This document shows, one piece after another, positions 18,841 to 25,847 of a stretch of 64,000 nt of DNA. The stretch is from Bryobacteraceae bacterium (GTDB lineage: Bacteria; Acidobacteriota; Terriglobia; Bryobacterales; Bryobacteraceae): assembly GCA_049520215.1 (NCBI GenBank), contig JBEKPZ010000013.1, positions 3,334-67,333 of the forward strand, in the 5' to 3' direction. Position 1 is the first letter of the stretch; each line of letters begins with the position of its first letter. The notes under the pieces are model-generated. The model worked only from the letters and a program-made list of their open reading frames with translations. It did not search any database and was not told the DNA's origin. The position numbers and the translations under genes are program-made.

Positions 18841-19605
18841 TCAAGCCTGCATGACATCCACGATGTCCGCGGCGATCTTTTCGGTGTCTTCCTGCTGAAC
18901 CAGTTGCGAAAAGACGTCTTCGAGCGAGGGCAGCGCCAGGAGGCCCCGCAAGTGCGCCACCGAGTCGTTCGCCACCGTGCATCCCTTGCGCAGAATGATG
19001 ACGCTGGTGCAGACCTTCTCCACCACCTCCAGCACGTGCGAGCTGTATAGAATCACCTTGCGCTCGCGCGCCAGCACCTTGAGCAGGTTCTTGAACACCA
19101 GGCTGGTAGTGACGTCGAGGCCCGAGAGCGGCTCATCGAAGACCAGCACATCGGGGTTATGCAGCAAGGCGGCCGAGATGAGGATTTTCTGCTTCATGCC
19201 CTTGGAATAGGAAGAGATGGGCGAGTAGCGGTGTTCGTGGAGCGACAGGAGGTTCAACAGTTGGTCGATTCTGGATTCGAGCGGCGCGACCGGGAGACAG
19301 CGCAGGCGCCCGACCAGTTGCAGGTATTCGCGGCCGGTCAGGTAGGGATATAGGTTGGGTTCTTCGGGCACGTAGCCGAGGGACTTCTTGTAGCCGATCA
19401 GGTCCTGCCGGATGTTGCGGCCCTGGTAGAGGATCAGTCCGCGGGAGGGCTCCAGGAGGCCGGTCAGCATTTTGACTGTGGTGCTTTTTCCGGAGCCGTT
19501 GGGGCCGAGGTATCCGAGGATTTCGCCCGGCCGGATGGTAAAGCTGACGTCGTCGACCGCGGGCCTGCCGATATACAGCTTGGTCAGGTTGCGGACTTCG
19601 AGCAT
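18841..19605 (-). CDS. ABC transporter ATP-binding protein
   Basis: Start at MLEVRNLTKLY. Walker A GPNGSGKST, signature-like YSKGMKQK, Walker B LVFDEPLSGLD. The 80-codon upstream ORF extension is low-complexity and was rejected. Confidence 0.9.
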   Translation of the reverse strand: MLEVRNLTKLYIGRPAVDDVSFTIRPGEILGYLGPNGSGKSTTVKMLTGLLEPSRGLILYQGRNIRQDLIGYKKSLGYVPEEPNLYPYLTGREYLQLVGRLRCLPVAPLESRIDQLLNLLSLHEHRYSPISSYSKGMKQKILISAALLHNPDVLVFDEPLSGLDVTTSLVFKNLLKVLARERKVILYSSHVLEVVEKVCTSVIILRKGCTVANDSVAHLRGLLALPSLEDVFSQLVQQEDTEKIAADIVDVMQA

Positions 19606-19693
19606 ACCATTGAGACACCTGTAGGCATGGAATTGTTCCAGCGCGGTGAGCGCGGTGTGGACGATCAAAGCCCAAACGGTTGATCTAAAAGGC

Positions 19694-19717
19694 GGGTATT
19701 GGGTTCCGGGTGTTGGG
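19694..19717 (+). other. Canonical G-quadruplex motif G3N4G3N4G3N4G3
   Basis: GGGtattGGGttccGGGtgttGGG, with two further GGG runs within 21 nt. It lies in the 252-nt leader region upstream of the ABC operon, which is C/A-rich on the coding strand. Confidence 0.5.
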
Positions 19718-19857
19718 TGATGAGTTCGGGTATTTGGGTGCTCGCGTCTGGGGCCAGAAATCGAAGATCGGGGGCGTTTTCGGGGTGGTTTTGAGACAGT
19801 AGTTGCGTACCCGTTGAGGTCGTCTGTCCGGTTGTCAAAGACCATGGGGGTGACTTG

Positions 19858-20433
19858 CTAGCGGCTGTCAGGGGCGGAGGTCGAGCAGAAGACCGGATGG
19901 GGCTGGGTGCCCTCCGACATCACGTAGCCGGGAGGCTGCGTTTGTGGCTCGGCTGGCTGGTGAGCCGGTGGTTGCGCGGCTTGCGCGGTCTGTTCGAGCG
20001 GCTGTGGGCGCTGGGCGTTGCGCTCCTGTTGTGACTGCTTCATATCCGCGATGGCGGTGCGAAAGGAGCGCTCCAGTTGCGCGCGCTGTTTCGCAACGTA
20101 CGCCAACATCTTGCATTGTTGTTCGCCGAAGTGGATGTACAGGTAGATCTTCTGTTCGCTCTCGGCCACGCGCTTGAGCAGCCATTGGGAGGTGACCATG
20201 GTTTCCAGGTAGCAGCGTTCGGTGCGGGTTTGCGGCTGCCAGTCGGCTTCGAACTCGTCCCAGAGCTGGGAGTAGTCCGCGGCGTTTTCGTCGGGGAGCA
20301 TGGTGGCGCGGGTGCGCAGGCCGTAGGTGAGGGCGTTGAAGCGGATGGCCGCTTTCCCTGCCGGGGTAGTCGGACCGGTAGAATGCTGGGCATTCTTGCG
20401 GTTGGCTTCTTGCTGTTTAGCGGAGACTATCAT
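19858..20433 (-). CDS. Conserved hypothetical protein
   Basis: Start at MIVSAKQQEANRKNAQHSTGPTTPAGKAA. I recall the NRKNAQxSTGPxTxxGKAxxxxNAxxHGL N-terminus as a widespread uncharacterised family. The tail is Q/P-rich. Confidence 0.6.
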   Translation of the reverse strand: MIVSAKQQEANRKNAQHSTGPTTPAGKAAIRFNALTYGLRTRATMLPDENAADYSQLWDEFEADWQPQTRTERCYLETMVTSQWLLKRVAESEQKIYLYIHFGEQQCKMLAYVAKQRAQLERSFRTAIADMKQSQQERNAQRPQPLEQTAQAAQPPAHQPAEPQTQPPGYVMSEGTQPHPVFCSTSAPDSR

Positions 20434-20839
20434 GCGAGTTATCCTTCGTAATTCGGCTTTTGGTTGTGGCGATGGAGCGGCCATACCCGACTTAATCTTA
20501 AAACGCGGGTTGCCGGGGAAAGGCGTGCCGGAAGGCTGCGGATTTAGTAAGTGGTTTGGGTGCAGTTAGATGTGGCGGCGAAGTTTATTTTCGAAACGTG
20601 TCACCGCGGCGAGCGCGAAGATGGGGGCGACGTCAGCCGCACCAATTCTGTCGCCCGTTGTGACTTCCGGCTGCGATATTCGGGAAGGCTGTAATCCTTT
20701 ACTTCTTAAGTAGAGAGCTTAGCGCCGTTGGGGAGGGCCCGGGCAAGTATCTCCAGCTCACAACCGTGATGGCGGCAAAGCAAAGAGCGAGAGCCCACAG
20801 AGTGACGCGCATGACCGCAAGGTCTCTGCCAGAAGGCCG

Positions 20840-20933
20840 CCTATTGAGTCTCGCGTAATACAGTGACCCCTCTGCATCGGGGCTGATGTGGGCCGGCTGA
20901 AAGCCGGCTGCGGGCAGAATTGCCCGCCCCACA
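20840..20933. repeat. Composite repeat: CCTATTGAGTCTCGCG unit fused to a two-module mosaic element
   Basis: CCTATTGAGTCTCGCGTAATACAGTGACCCCTCTGCATCGGGG (20840-20882), then GCCGGCTgaaAGCCGGC, GCGGGCAgaatTGCCCGC and CCCACA. Confidence 0.75.
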
Positions 20934-21007
20934 AGGTCCAGATCCAGCCGCGACAAAGAGGCCTCATTGGGAGCGCCCAGAAGGACAGGCCAGGAGGCCT
21001 GTCCCAC

Positions 21008-21631
21008 CTACTTCACCAGTGACAGGAACTCGTCCCGCGTCTCTTTACGGCTGCGGAACGCGCCCAGCATGGCGCTGGTCACGGCGCCGGAGTGCTGCTT
21101 CTCCACGCCGCGCATCATCATGCAGAAGTGGCGCGCTTCGCAGATCACTCCCACCCCGAGTGGGTCGATCAAGTCCTGGATGGTCTGCGCGATCTGCTGC
21201 GTCATGCGCTCCTGAATCTGCAGGCGGCGGGCGAACACGTCCACCAGGCGCGGCAGCTTGCTCAGACCGATCACCCGGTCGCGGGGGATATAGGCGATGT
21301 GCACCTTGCCGAAAAACGGCAGCATGTGATGCTCGCACATGCTGAAGAACTCGATGTCCTTCATGATCACCATCTCGTCGTACTTCACCGTGAACAAGGC
21401 GCCGTTGACCACCTTGTTCACGTCCATCTGGTAGCCGCTGGTCAGAAAGTGCAGCGCCCGCTCCACACGCTCGGGAGTGCGCGCCAAGCCTTCGCGCCCG
21501 GTATCCTCACCCAGGCGCTCCAGGATCTGTTTCACCAGCGGCGCGATGGACAGGTCCACCTGCGCCGGGTCCACCTGCGGCAGGTCCGCTTTGGGGGGCA
21601 TCACTTTTACGGTAGCTTTATTCGATTTCAT
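21008..21631 (-). CDS. folE: GTP cyclohydrolase I
   Basis: [44 protein letters not shown] and [12 protein letters not shown] are textbook FolE motifs. The start at MKSNKATV overlaps the upstream gene by 14 nt. Confidence 0.92.
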   Translation of the reverse strand: MKSNKATVKVMPPKADLPQVDPAQVDLSIAPLVKQILERLGEDTGREGLARTPERVERALHFLTSGYQMDVNKVVNGALFTVKYDEMVIMKDIEFFSMCEHHMLPFFGKVHIAYIPRDRVIGLSKLPRLVDVFARRLQIQERMTQQIAQTIQDLIDPLGVGVICEARHFCMMMRGVEKQHSGAVTSAMLGAFRSRKETRDEFLSLVK

Positions 21632-22052
21632 GGGCTGACACTTCAAACGCGTTGCGGCTGGTCTCGGCGATGGCCACCCGTTCGAGACACGGCCCATCCG
21701 CCGGAAACACCGCACGCCAATTCTGTTTCAATCGCCGGACCACTTCGCGCCCCAGATTCTCCGACGTCGGAACGGCCGCGCGAAACGCGTCCACTTCCTC
21801 ATTGAGGTTGCGATGATCGAACGGTTCGAGCACCTGGCGCCGCACCAGGCCGTCCAACAACTCGAGATTCACAGCGCGCCCGGAGCGCGCCTCCACGGGG
21901 CCGCGCACCGTCACGGCGATCTCGTAGTTGTGGCCGTGCCCGAAAGGATTGTTGCACTTGCCGTACAACTTGCGGTTCTCCGCCTCGCCCAACTGCGGCG
22001 CGTGCAGCCGGTGCGAGGCCGAAAAGCGGTATTTGCGCGTGACCAGCATCAT
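21618..22052 (-). CDS. queD: 6-carboxytetrahydropterin / 6-pyruvoyl-tetrahydropterin synthase family protein (QueD/PTPS)
   Basis: 144 aa. [34 protein letters not shown] carries the catalytic Cys and the HGH zinc motif. Confidence 0.85.
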   Translation of the reverse strand: MMLVTRKYRFSASHRLHAPQLGEAENRKLYGKCNNPFGHGHNYEIAVTVRGPVEARSGRAVNLELLDGLVRRQVLEPFDHRNLNEEVDAFRAAVPTSENLGREVVRRLKQNWRAVFPADGPCLERVAIAETSRNAFEVSAHEIE

Positions 22053-22465
22053 GCCGCGTCTCCGAAATAGTCCACGTACAGGTCCGGCGTCTCGTAGACC
22101 CGTACGCCATGCAACGTGCCGCGCGGTCCGCTCAAATGCGGCTGCAGGCGATTCCAGATGTCGATGGCGATGTTCTCCGGCGTTGGCATTACATGGTCGA
22201 ACGGTGCCACTTCGCGGTTCAGGAAGCGGTGATCGTAGATGTCGACCACTTCGCGGTTCAGGGTATCCTTGAGCGCCTTCAGATCGAGCACCATGCCGGT
22301 GACCGGGTCCGGCGTGCCTGCCACGGTGACTTCCAGCACGTAATTGTGGCCGTGCCCGTGGGGGTTGGCCGCCGCGCCGTAGAGCGCGTGGTTCTCGGCG
22401 TCGGAAAGCCGGGAATCGCGGCAGATGTGCGACGCGGAGAACTCCGCCTTGCGGGTGATCAGCAT
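22049..22465 (-). CDS. PTPS/QueD family paralog lacking the canonical catalytic Cys
   Basis: 138 aa. FSASHICRDSRLSDAENHALYGAAANPHGHGHNY keeps the HGH motif, but Ala replaces the Cys. The stop overlaps the queD start (ATGA). Confidence 0.8.
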   Translation of the reverse strand: MLITRKAEFSASHICRDSRLSDAENHALYGAAANPHGHGHNYVLEVTVAGTPDPVTGMVLDLKALKDTLNREVVDIYDHRFLNREVAPFDHVMPTPENIAIDIWNRLQPHLSGPRGTLHGVRVYETPDLYVDYFGDAA

Positions 22466-22527
22466 GGGACCTGATTATTCGATGCAGCAAACGAGCCGGA
22501 AGTACACTAAAATTATAGTTTCCAGCT

Positions 22528-23049
22528 ATGCATAGCGTCAAAATCGATCAATTCCTGAAAGCCGGGATCGGCGTATTGCTGGCCGTCCTGGTGTTTGTGC
22601 TGTACACTTCCACTCACGAACGCATCATCGACGTGGGAGATTCCGCCCCGAATTTCACCATCACGGCCGACAACGGCCGCACCATCACTGCCTCGAACTT
22701 TGGCGGGCGTTTGCTGGTGTTGAATTTCTGGGCTACCTGGTGCCAGCCGTGCGTCGAGGAAGTGCCCTCGCTCGATCAGTTCGCAAAGGATATGGCGGGA
22801 TCGGGCGTGGTGGTGCTGGGCGTCAGTATGGACGCGAACCCCAAGGTTTATCACGACTTTCTTTCCCGCAATCGCGTCTCCTTCATGACCGCCCGCGATC
22901 CCGAGGCCAAGATCAGCGCCGACTATGGCACCTTCAAGTACCCGGAATCCTACATCATCGATTCCAAGGGCAAGGTGGTCCAGAAGATTATTGGCGCGAC
23001 CAATTGGACGGACGGCAATATGGTGAACGCGGTGAAATCGTTTCTGTAA
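22528..23049 (+). CDS. TlpA-like thiol:disulfide oxidoreductase (thioredoxin fold), membrane anchored
   Basis: N-terminal TM helix IGVLLAVLVFVLY. LVLNFWATWCQPCVEEVPSL contains the CxxC motif. Confidence 0.85.
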   Translation: MHSVKIDQFLKAGIGVLLAVLVFVLYTSTHERIIDVGDSAPNFTITADNGRTITASNFGGRLLVLNFWATWCQPCVEEVPSLDQFAKDMAGSGVVVLGVSMDANPKVYHDFLSRNRVSFMTARDPEAKISADYGTFKYPESYIIDSKGKVVQKIIGATNWTDGNMVNAVKSFL

Positions 23050-23051
23050 CC

Positions 23052-23112
23052 CACAGGCTGAAGCCTGTGCCACCGGGCCTGTGTTACGGTAAACCACAGG
23101 CTAAAGCCTGTG
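23052..23112. repeat. Two copies of hairpin CACAGGCT(G/A)AAGCCTGTG
   Basis: Hairpins at 23052-23069 and 23095-23112. The second contains the GTG assigned as start of the next gene. Confidence 0.7.
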
Positions 23113-24552
23113 CTACCTGCGGCCAAGCAGAAACTGATCGATCTTCTGGGTCCTCGCGGATACCTGGACCGTCCCGAAGATCTGGCGCTCTACGAATACG
23201 ACGGCAGCGTGGAAAAGGGCCGACCCGAGATGGTGGCCTTCCCGCGCAGCACCGAAGACGTAGCCGGCATTGTCAAGATCGCGGCCGAATACGGCGTGCC
23301 CGTGGTGGGACGCGGCGCCGGAACCGGCTTGAGCGGCGGCGCGATCCCGCGCGAGGGCGGCGTAGTGGTGGGATTCGCACGCATGAACCGCATCCTGGAA
23401 ATCGATTTGGAAAACGAGCGCGTGCTAGTGGAGCCCGGCGTGGTGAATCTGGATGTCACGCTGGCGGTCCAATCGCAGGGCTACTTCTACGCTCCCGATC
23501 CCTCCAGCCAGCGCGCCTGCACTATGGGCGGCAACGTGGCCGAGAACGCCGGCGGCCCGCACACGCTGGCCTACGGCGTGACCACTAACCATGTGCTGGG
23601 TCTAGAGTTCGTGCTGCCGGATGGCACCGTGGTGACCACCGGCGGAAAGGAAACTGAGCAGCCGGGTTACGACCTGACCGGCCTGTTGACCGGCTCGGAA
23701 GGCACCATGGCACTGGTCACCAAAGCGATGGTGCGGCTGATGCGCAAGCCGGAGATGGTGAAGACCATCTTGGCCATCTACGATGACGTTGAGGATTGCG
23801 GGGCCACGGTGGCCGAGATTACCGCGCGCGCCATCGTTCCGGTAGCCGTCGAGATGCTGGATGGCGTGATGCTCCGCATGGTGGAAGAGGCCACCCACGC
23901 CGGCTATCCCATGGATGCGGCGGCCGTGCTGCTGATTGAGCTGGAAGGATTGCGCGAGAACGTGGAGGAGCAGGTCGAACAGATTCGCGAGGTGTGCCAG
24001 TCCTGCCGCGCGCGCGAGGTCCGCGTGGCCAAGACCGCCGAGGAGCGCGAACTGCTCTGGAAAGGCCGCAAGAACGCTTTTGGCGCGGTGGGCCGCGTCA
24101 GCCCATTCTATTACGTGCAGGATGGCGTGGTGCCGCGCACGCAGATCGCGCCCACCCTGCACGTGATCGGCGAGGTGAGCCGCAAGTATGGCCTGACCAT
24201 CAGCAACATTTTCCATGCGGGGGATGGCAACATGCACCCCATCATTCTGTTCGATGCCCGCAAACCTGGCGACCTGGAGAAAGCCCGGGCCGCCGGCGCC
24301 GAGATCCTGGAACACTGCCTCAGCGTGGGCGGGTCGATCACCGGCGAACACGGTGTGGGGATGGAGAAGAACGAATTGATGGCGCGCCAGTTCAAACCGG
24401 AAACACTGGAGACGATGGGGGCGTTGAAGCGGCTTTTCGATCCCGAGAACCGCATGAACCCCGGCAAAATGCTACCCACCGGAAGAGGCTGCCTGGAGAT
24501 CCGGCAGATGCCGCTGGACGCTTCTGGAAGCGATGGTCAGGCGATTTTCTAA
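23110..24552 (+). CDS. FAD-linked oxidase, glycolate oxidase GlcD-like
   Basis: 480 aa. VVGRGAGTGLSGGA FAD-binding motif, NVAENAGGPH, and the C-terminal GSITGEHGVGMEK...LFDPENRMNPGK typical of the GlcD/D-lactate dehydrogenase family. Confidence 0.88.
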   Translation: MLPAAKQKLIDLLGPRGYLDRPEDLALYEYDGSVEKGRPEMVAFPRSTEDVAGIVKIAAEYGVPVVGRGAGTGLSGGAIPREGGVVVGFARMNRILEIDLENERVLVEPGVVNLDVTLAVQSQGYFYAPDPSSQRACTMGGNVAENAGGPHTLAYGVTTNHVLGLEFVLPDGTVVTTGGKETEQPGYDLTGLLTGSEGTMALVTKAMVRLMRKPEMVKTILAIYDDVEDCGATVAEITARAIVPVAVEMLDGVMLRMVEEATHAGYPMDAAAVLLIELEGLRENVEEQVEQIREVCQSCRAREVRVAKTAEERELLWKGRKNAFGAVGRVSPFYYVQDGVVPRTQIAPTLHVIGEVSRKYGLTISNIFHAGDGNMHPIILFDARKPGDLEKARAAGAEILEHCLSVGGSITGEHGVGMEKNELMARQFKPETLETMGALKRLFDPENRMNPGKMLPTGRGCLEIRQMPLDASGSDGQAIF

Positions 24553-24636
24553 CCTGGCCATTGGACCGTTAGCTGCGCCAAGCTCCGCACTGAGGTAGAA
24601 CGGGTATCGCTTCCGGCTCCTGGGCGCCAACTTAAC

Positions 24637-24718
24637 CCTATTGAGTCTCGCGTGATACGGTGACGGTTTCCACGAGAAATGTGACTCTCTGCATCGGGGT
24701 CGTCCGCAAACGGACGCA
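24637..24718. repeat. Second copy of the CCTATTGAGTCTCGCG unit with a 22-bp internal insertion, plus a GTCCGcaaaCGGAC hairpin
   Basis: CCTATTGAGTCTCGCGTGATACGGTGAC [ggtttccacgagaaatgtgact] CTCTGCATCGGGG. The insertion is bounded by GTGAC microhomology. Confidence 0.7.
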
Positions 24719-24775
24719 GTGCACGCACCGGACTCAGGGTAATTCCTTGAAATGCTATGGCAAGGCGCATACACC

Positions 24776-24870
24776 CGGCCCACGCTGGTGATTTATCAGT
24801 ATCAAATCGACCCGGAAATGGGTTGGATGCATGCCCGCATTCAAACTTGGTTTCCCGATAACGGACGGCC
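24776..24870 (+). pseudogene. Internal fragment of the multicopy MKQFIAKFE-family gene, opposite orientation
   Basis: This frame reads PTLVIYQYQIDPEMGWMHARIQTWFP. From memory that matches a conserved mid-protein motif (YxIDPEFGFMNARIQTWFPF) of the same family as 24917..25240. It is bounded by stops. Confidence 0.3.
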
Positions 24871-24916
24871 ATGCCGGTCTTCTCGTGCTGGAAGGTCGGG
24901 GTGAGTTCTGTACAGG

Positions 24917-25240
24917 TCAGAGCGCACACGTTGCCTTGCCGGATGGCCAATTTAGCCGCATGCGCGCGCGATCTGGTCCTTGTCGGCCTGTTGAGTCGCG
25001 GATATATTCGACCGGCAGCTTTTGTTGGAGGAACGGTGCCAGGGAGGCCTCCTTCAATTCCGCACTGGCCTTTTTGACGTGATCCCCAAACTGCTTACAG
25101 AGCAGCCCATTGCGAATCAGGTACATCTTCATGCCTTCCCCATGGGTGAGGCGTCGCAGAGAACCGCGGAACAACACGCGGTCAAAACCGGAAAGCGTAC
25201 CCTGGATCTGGGATTCAAACTTAGCGATAAACTGTTTCAT
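24917..25240 (-). pseudogene. N-terminal fragment of a multicopy conserved hypothetical (possibly mobile-element-borne) gene
   Basis: AGGAGG SD, then MKQFIAKFESQIQGTLSGFDRVLFRGSLRRL...KQFGDHVKKASAELKEAS. The reading frame decays after about 85 codons. The first 27 nt plus 110 nt of upstream sequence recur at 39319..39455. Confidence 0.5.
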
Positions 25241-25350
25241 GGCGTTTCCTCCTGGTGCATGGTGATTTGGAACATCAACCAAGGTACTTCTTCGGAAACG
25301 CCATTTGAGTTTGCGGCTTGCCGCTTTGCGGGGCGGCCAATCTTGGCCGC
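25214..25350. repeat. Left arm of 137-bp inverted repeat (partner 39319..39455)
   Basis: 136 of 137 positions identical by eye to the reverse complement of 39319..39455. It covers the terminal mosaic hairpin, the 5-prime leader with SD, and 9 codons of the MKQFIAKFE gene. Confidence 0.85.
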
Positions 25351-25387
25351 CCCACATTAGCCCGAGGGAAGGTGCAGATCTGTCGCC

Positions 25388-25468
25388 GGAACTGTCACTG
25401 TATTAAGCGAACGTCAATAGGTCAGGCTCTTCAACTCGGACATAGTTCTACCAGAGGACGGAGACGCG
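25388..25468 (+). pseudogene. Possible HigB toxin C-terminal remnant
   Basis: The frame reads GTVTVLSERQ*VRLFNSDIVLPEDGDA. This is a weak resemblance to HigB ...NDQWRLxFRxEDGDA, with TAG where Trp is expected. Position immediately upstream of the higA remnant supports it. Confidence 0.2.
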
Positions 25469-25718
25469 ATGTCCGTTGGGCCCGAAGGCAGGCCGCCCGT
25501 CTCCGATTTATGAAGCCACTTGGACTGACCGCCAATCGGCTGGCAACCAAACTCTCAGTACCGGTGACGCGAGTCAACGACATTGTCTGTGGCCGGCGCG
25601 CCATCACGGCGGACACTGCATTGCACCTGGCCCGCTGCTTCGGAACGACGCCTCAGTTTGGATGAACCTACAGTCCAACTACGATCTCGAATTGGCGCAG
25701 GCTGTGCGGGTACCCTAG
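25469..25718 (+). pseudogene. higA: HigA-type HTH antitoxin, disrupted by two frame changes
   Basis: Three frames carry successive parts: MSVGPEGRPPVSDL*, then FMKPLGLTANRLATKLSVPVTRVNDIVCGRRAITADTALHLARCFGTTPQF, then WMNLQSNYDLELA. Together these give the canonical HigA sequence order. Confidence 0.6.
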
Positions 25719-25847
25719 ATGTCCGCTCCCGCGCCACGTGATCCCACAATCGTACACCACCCTCGCTCCGCCGCCGGCCTAACCTATTGAATCGATTCCC
25801 AGCGCCCTTGGCACAAAGCCTGCCTACGCAATCCCGGAGGATTGTCG

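Noticed and set aside
17623-19050. 475-aa plus-strand ORF spanning the permease and ABC ATPase genes in antisense
   Set aside because: It crosses a gene boundary. Its composition is dominated by G/E/R/H/D repeats, and the minus strand has Walker motifs.
19606-19845. 80-codon N-terminal extension of the ABC ATPase ORF
   Set aside because: It is low-complexity P/R/T/H-rich and precedes the canonical MLEVRNLTK start. Analogous extensions were rejected for 32633..34309, 43038..44456, 58778..60262, 59911..61164 and 21008..21715.
21618-22541. 307-aa ORF fusing queD with the antisense-frame sequence of its upstream paralog
   Set aside because: Only the last 144 codons match QueD. The region 22053..22465 is better explained by the second PTPS paralog in another frame.
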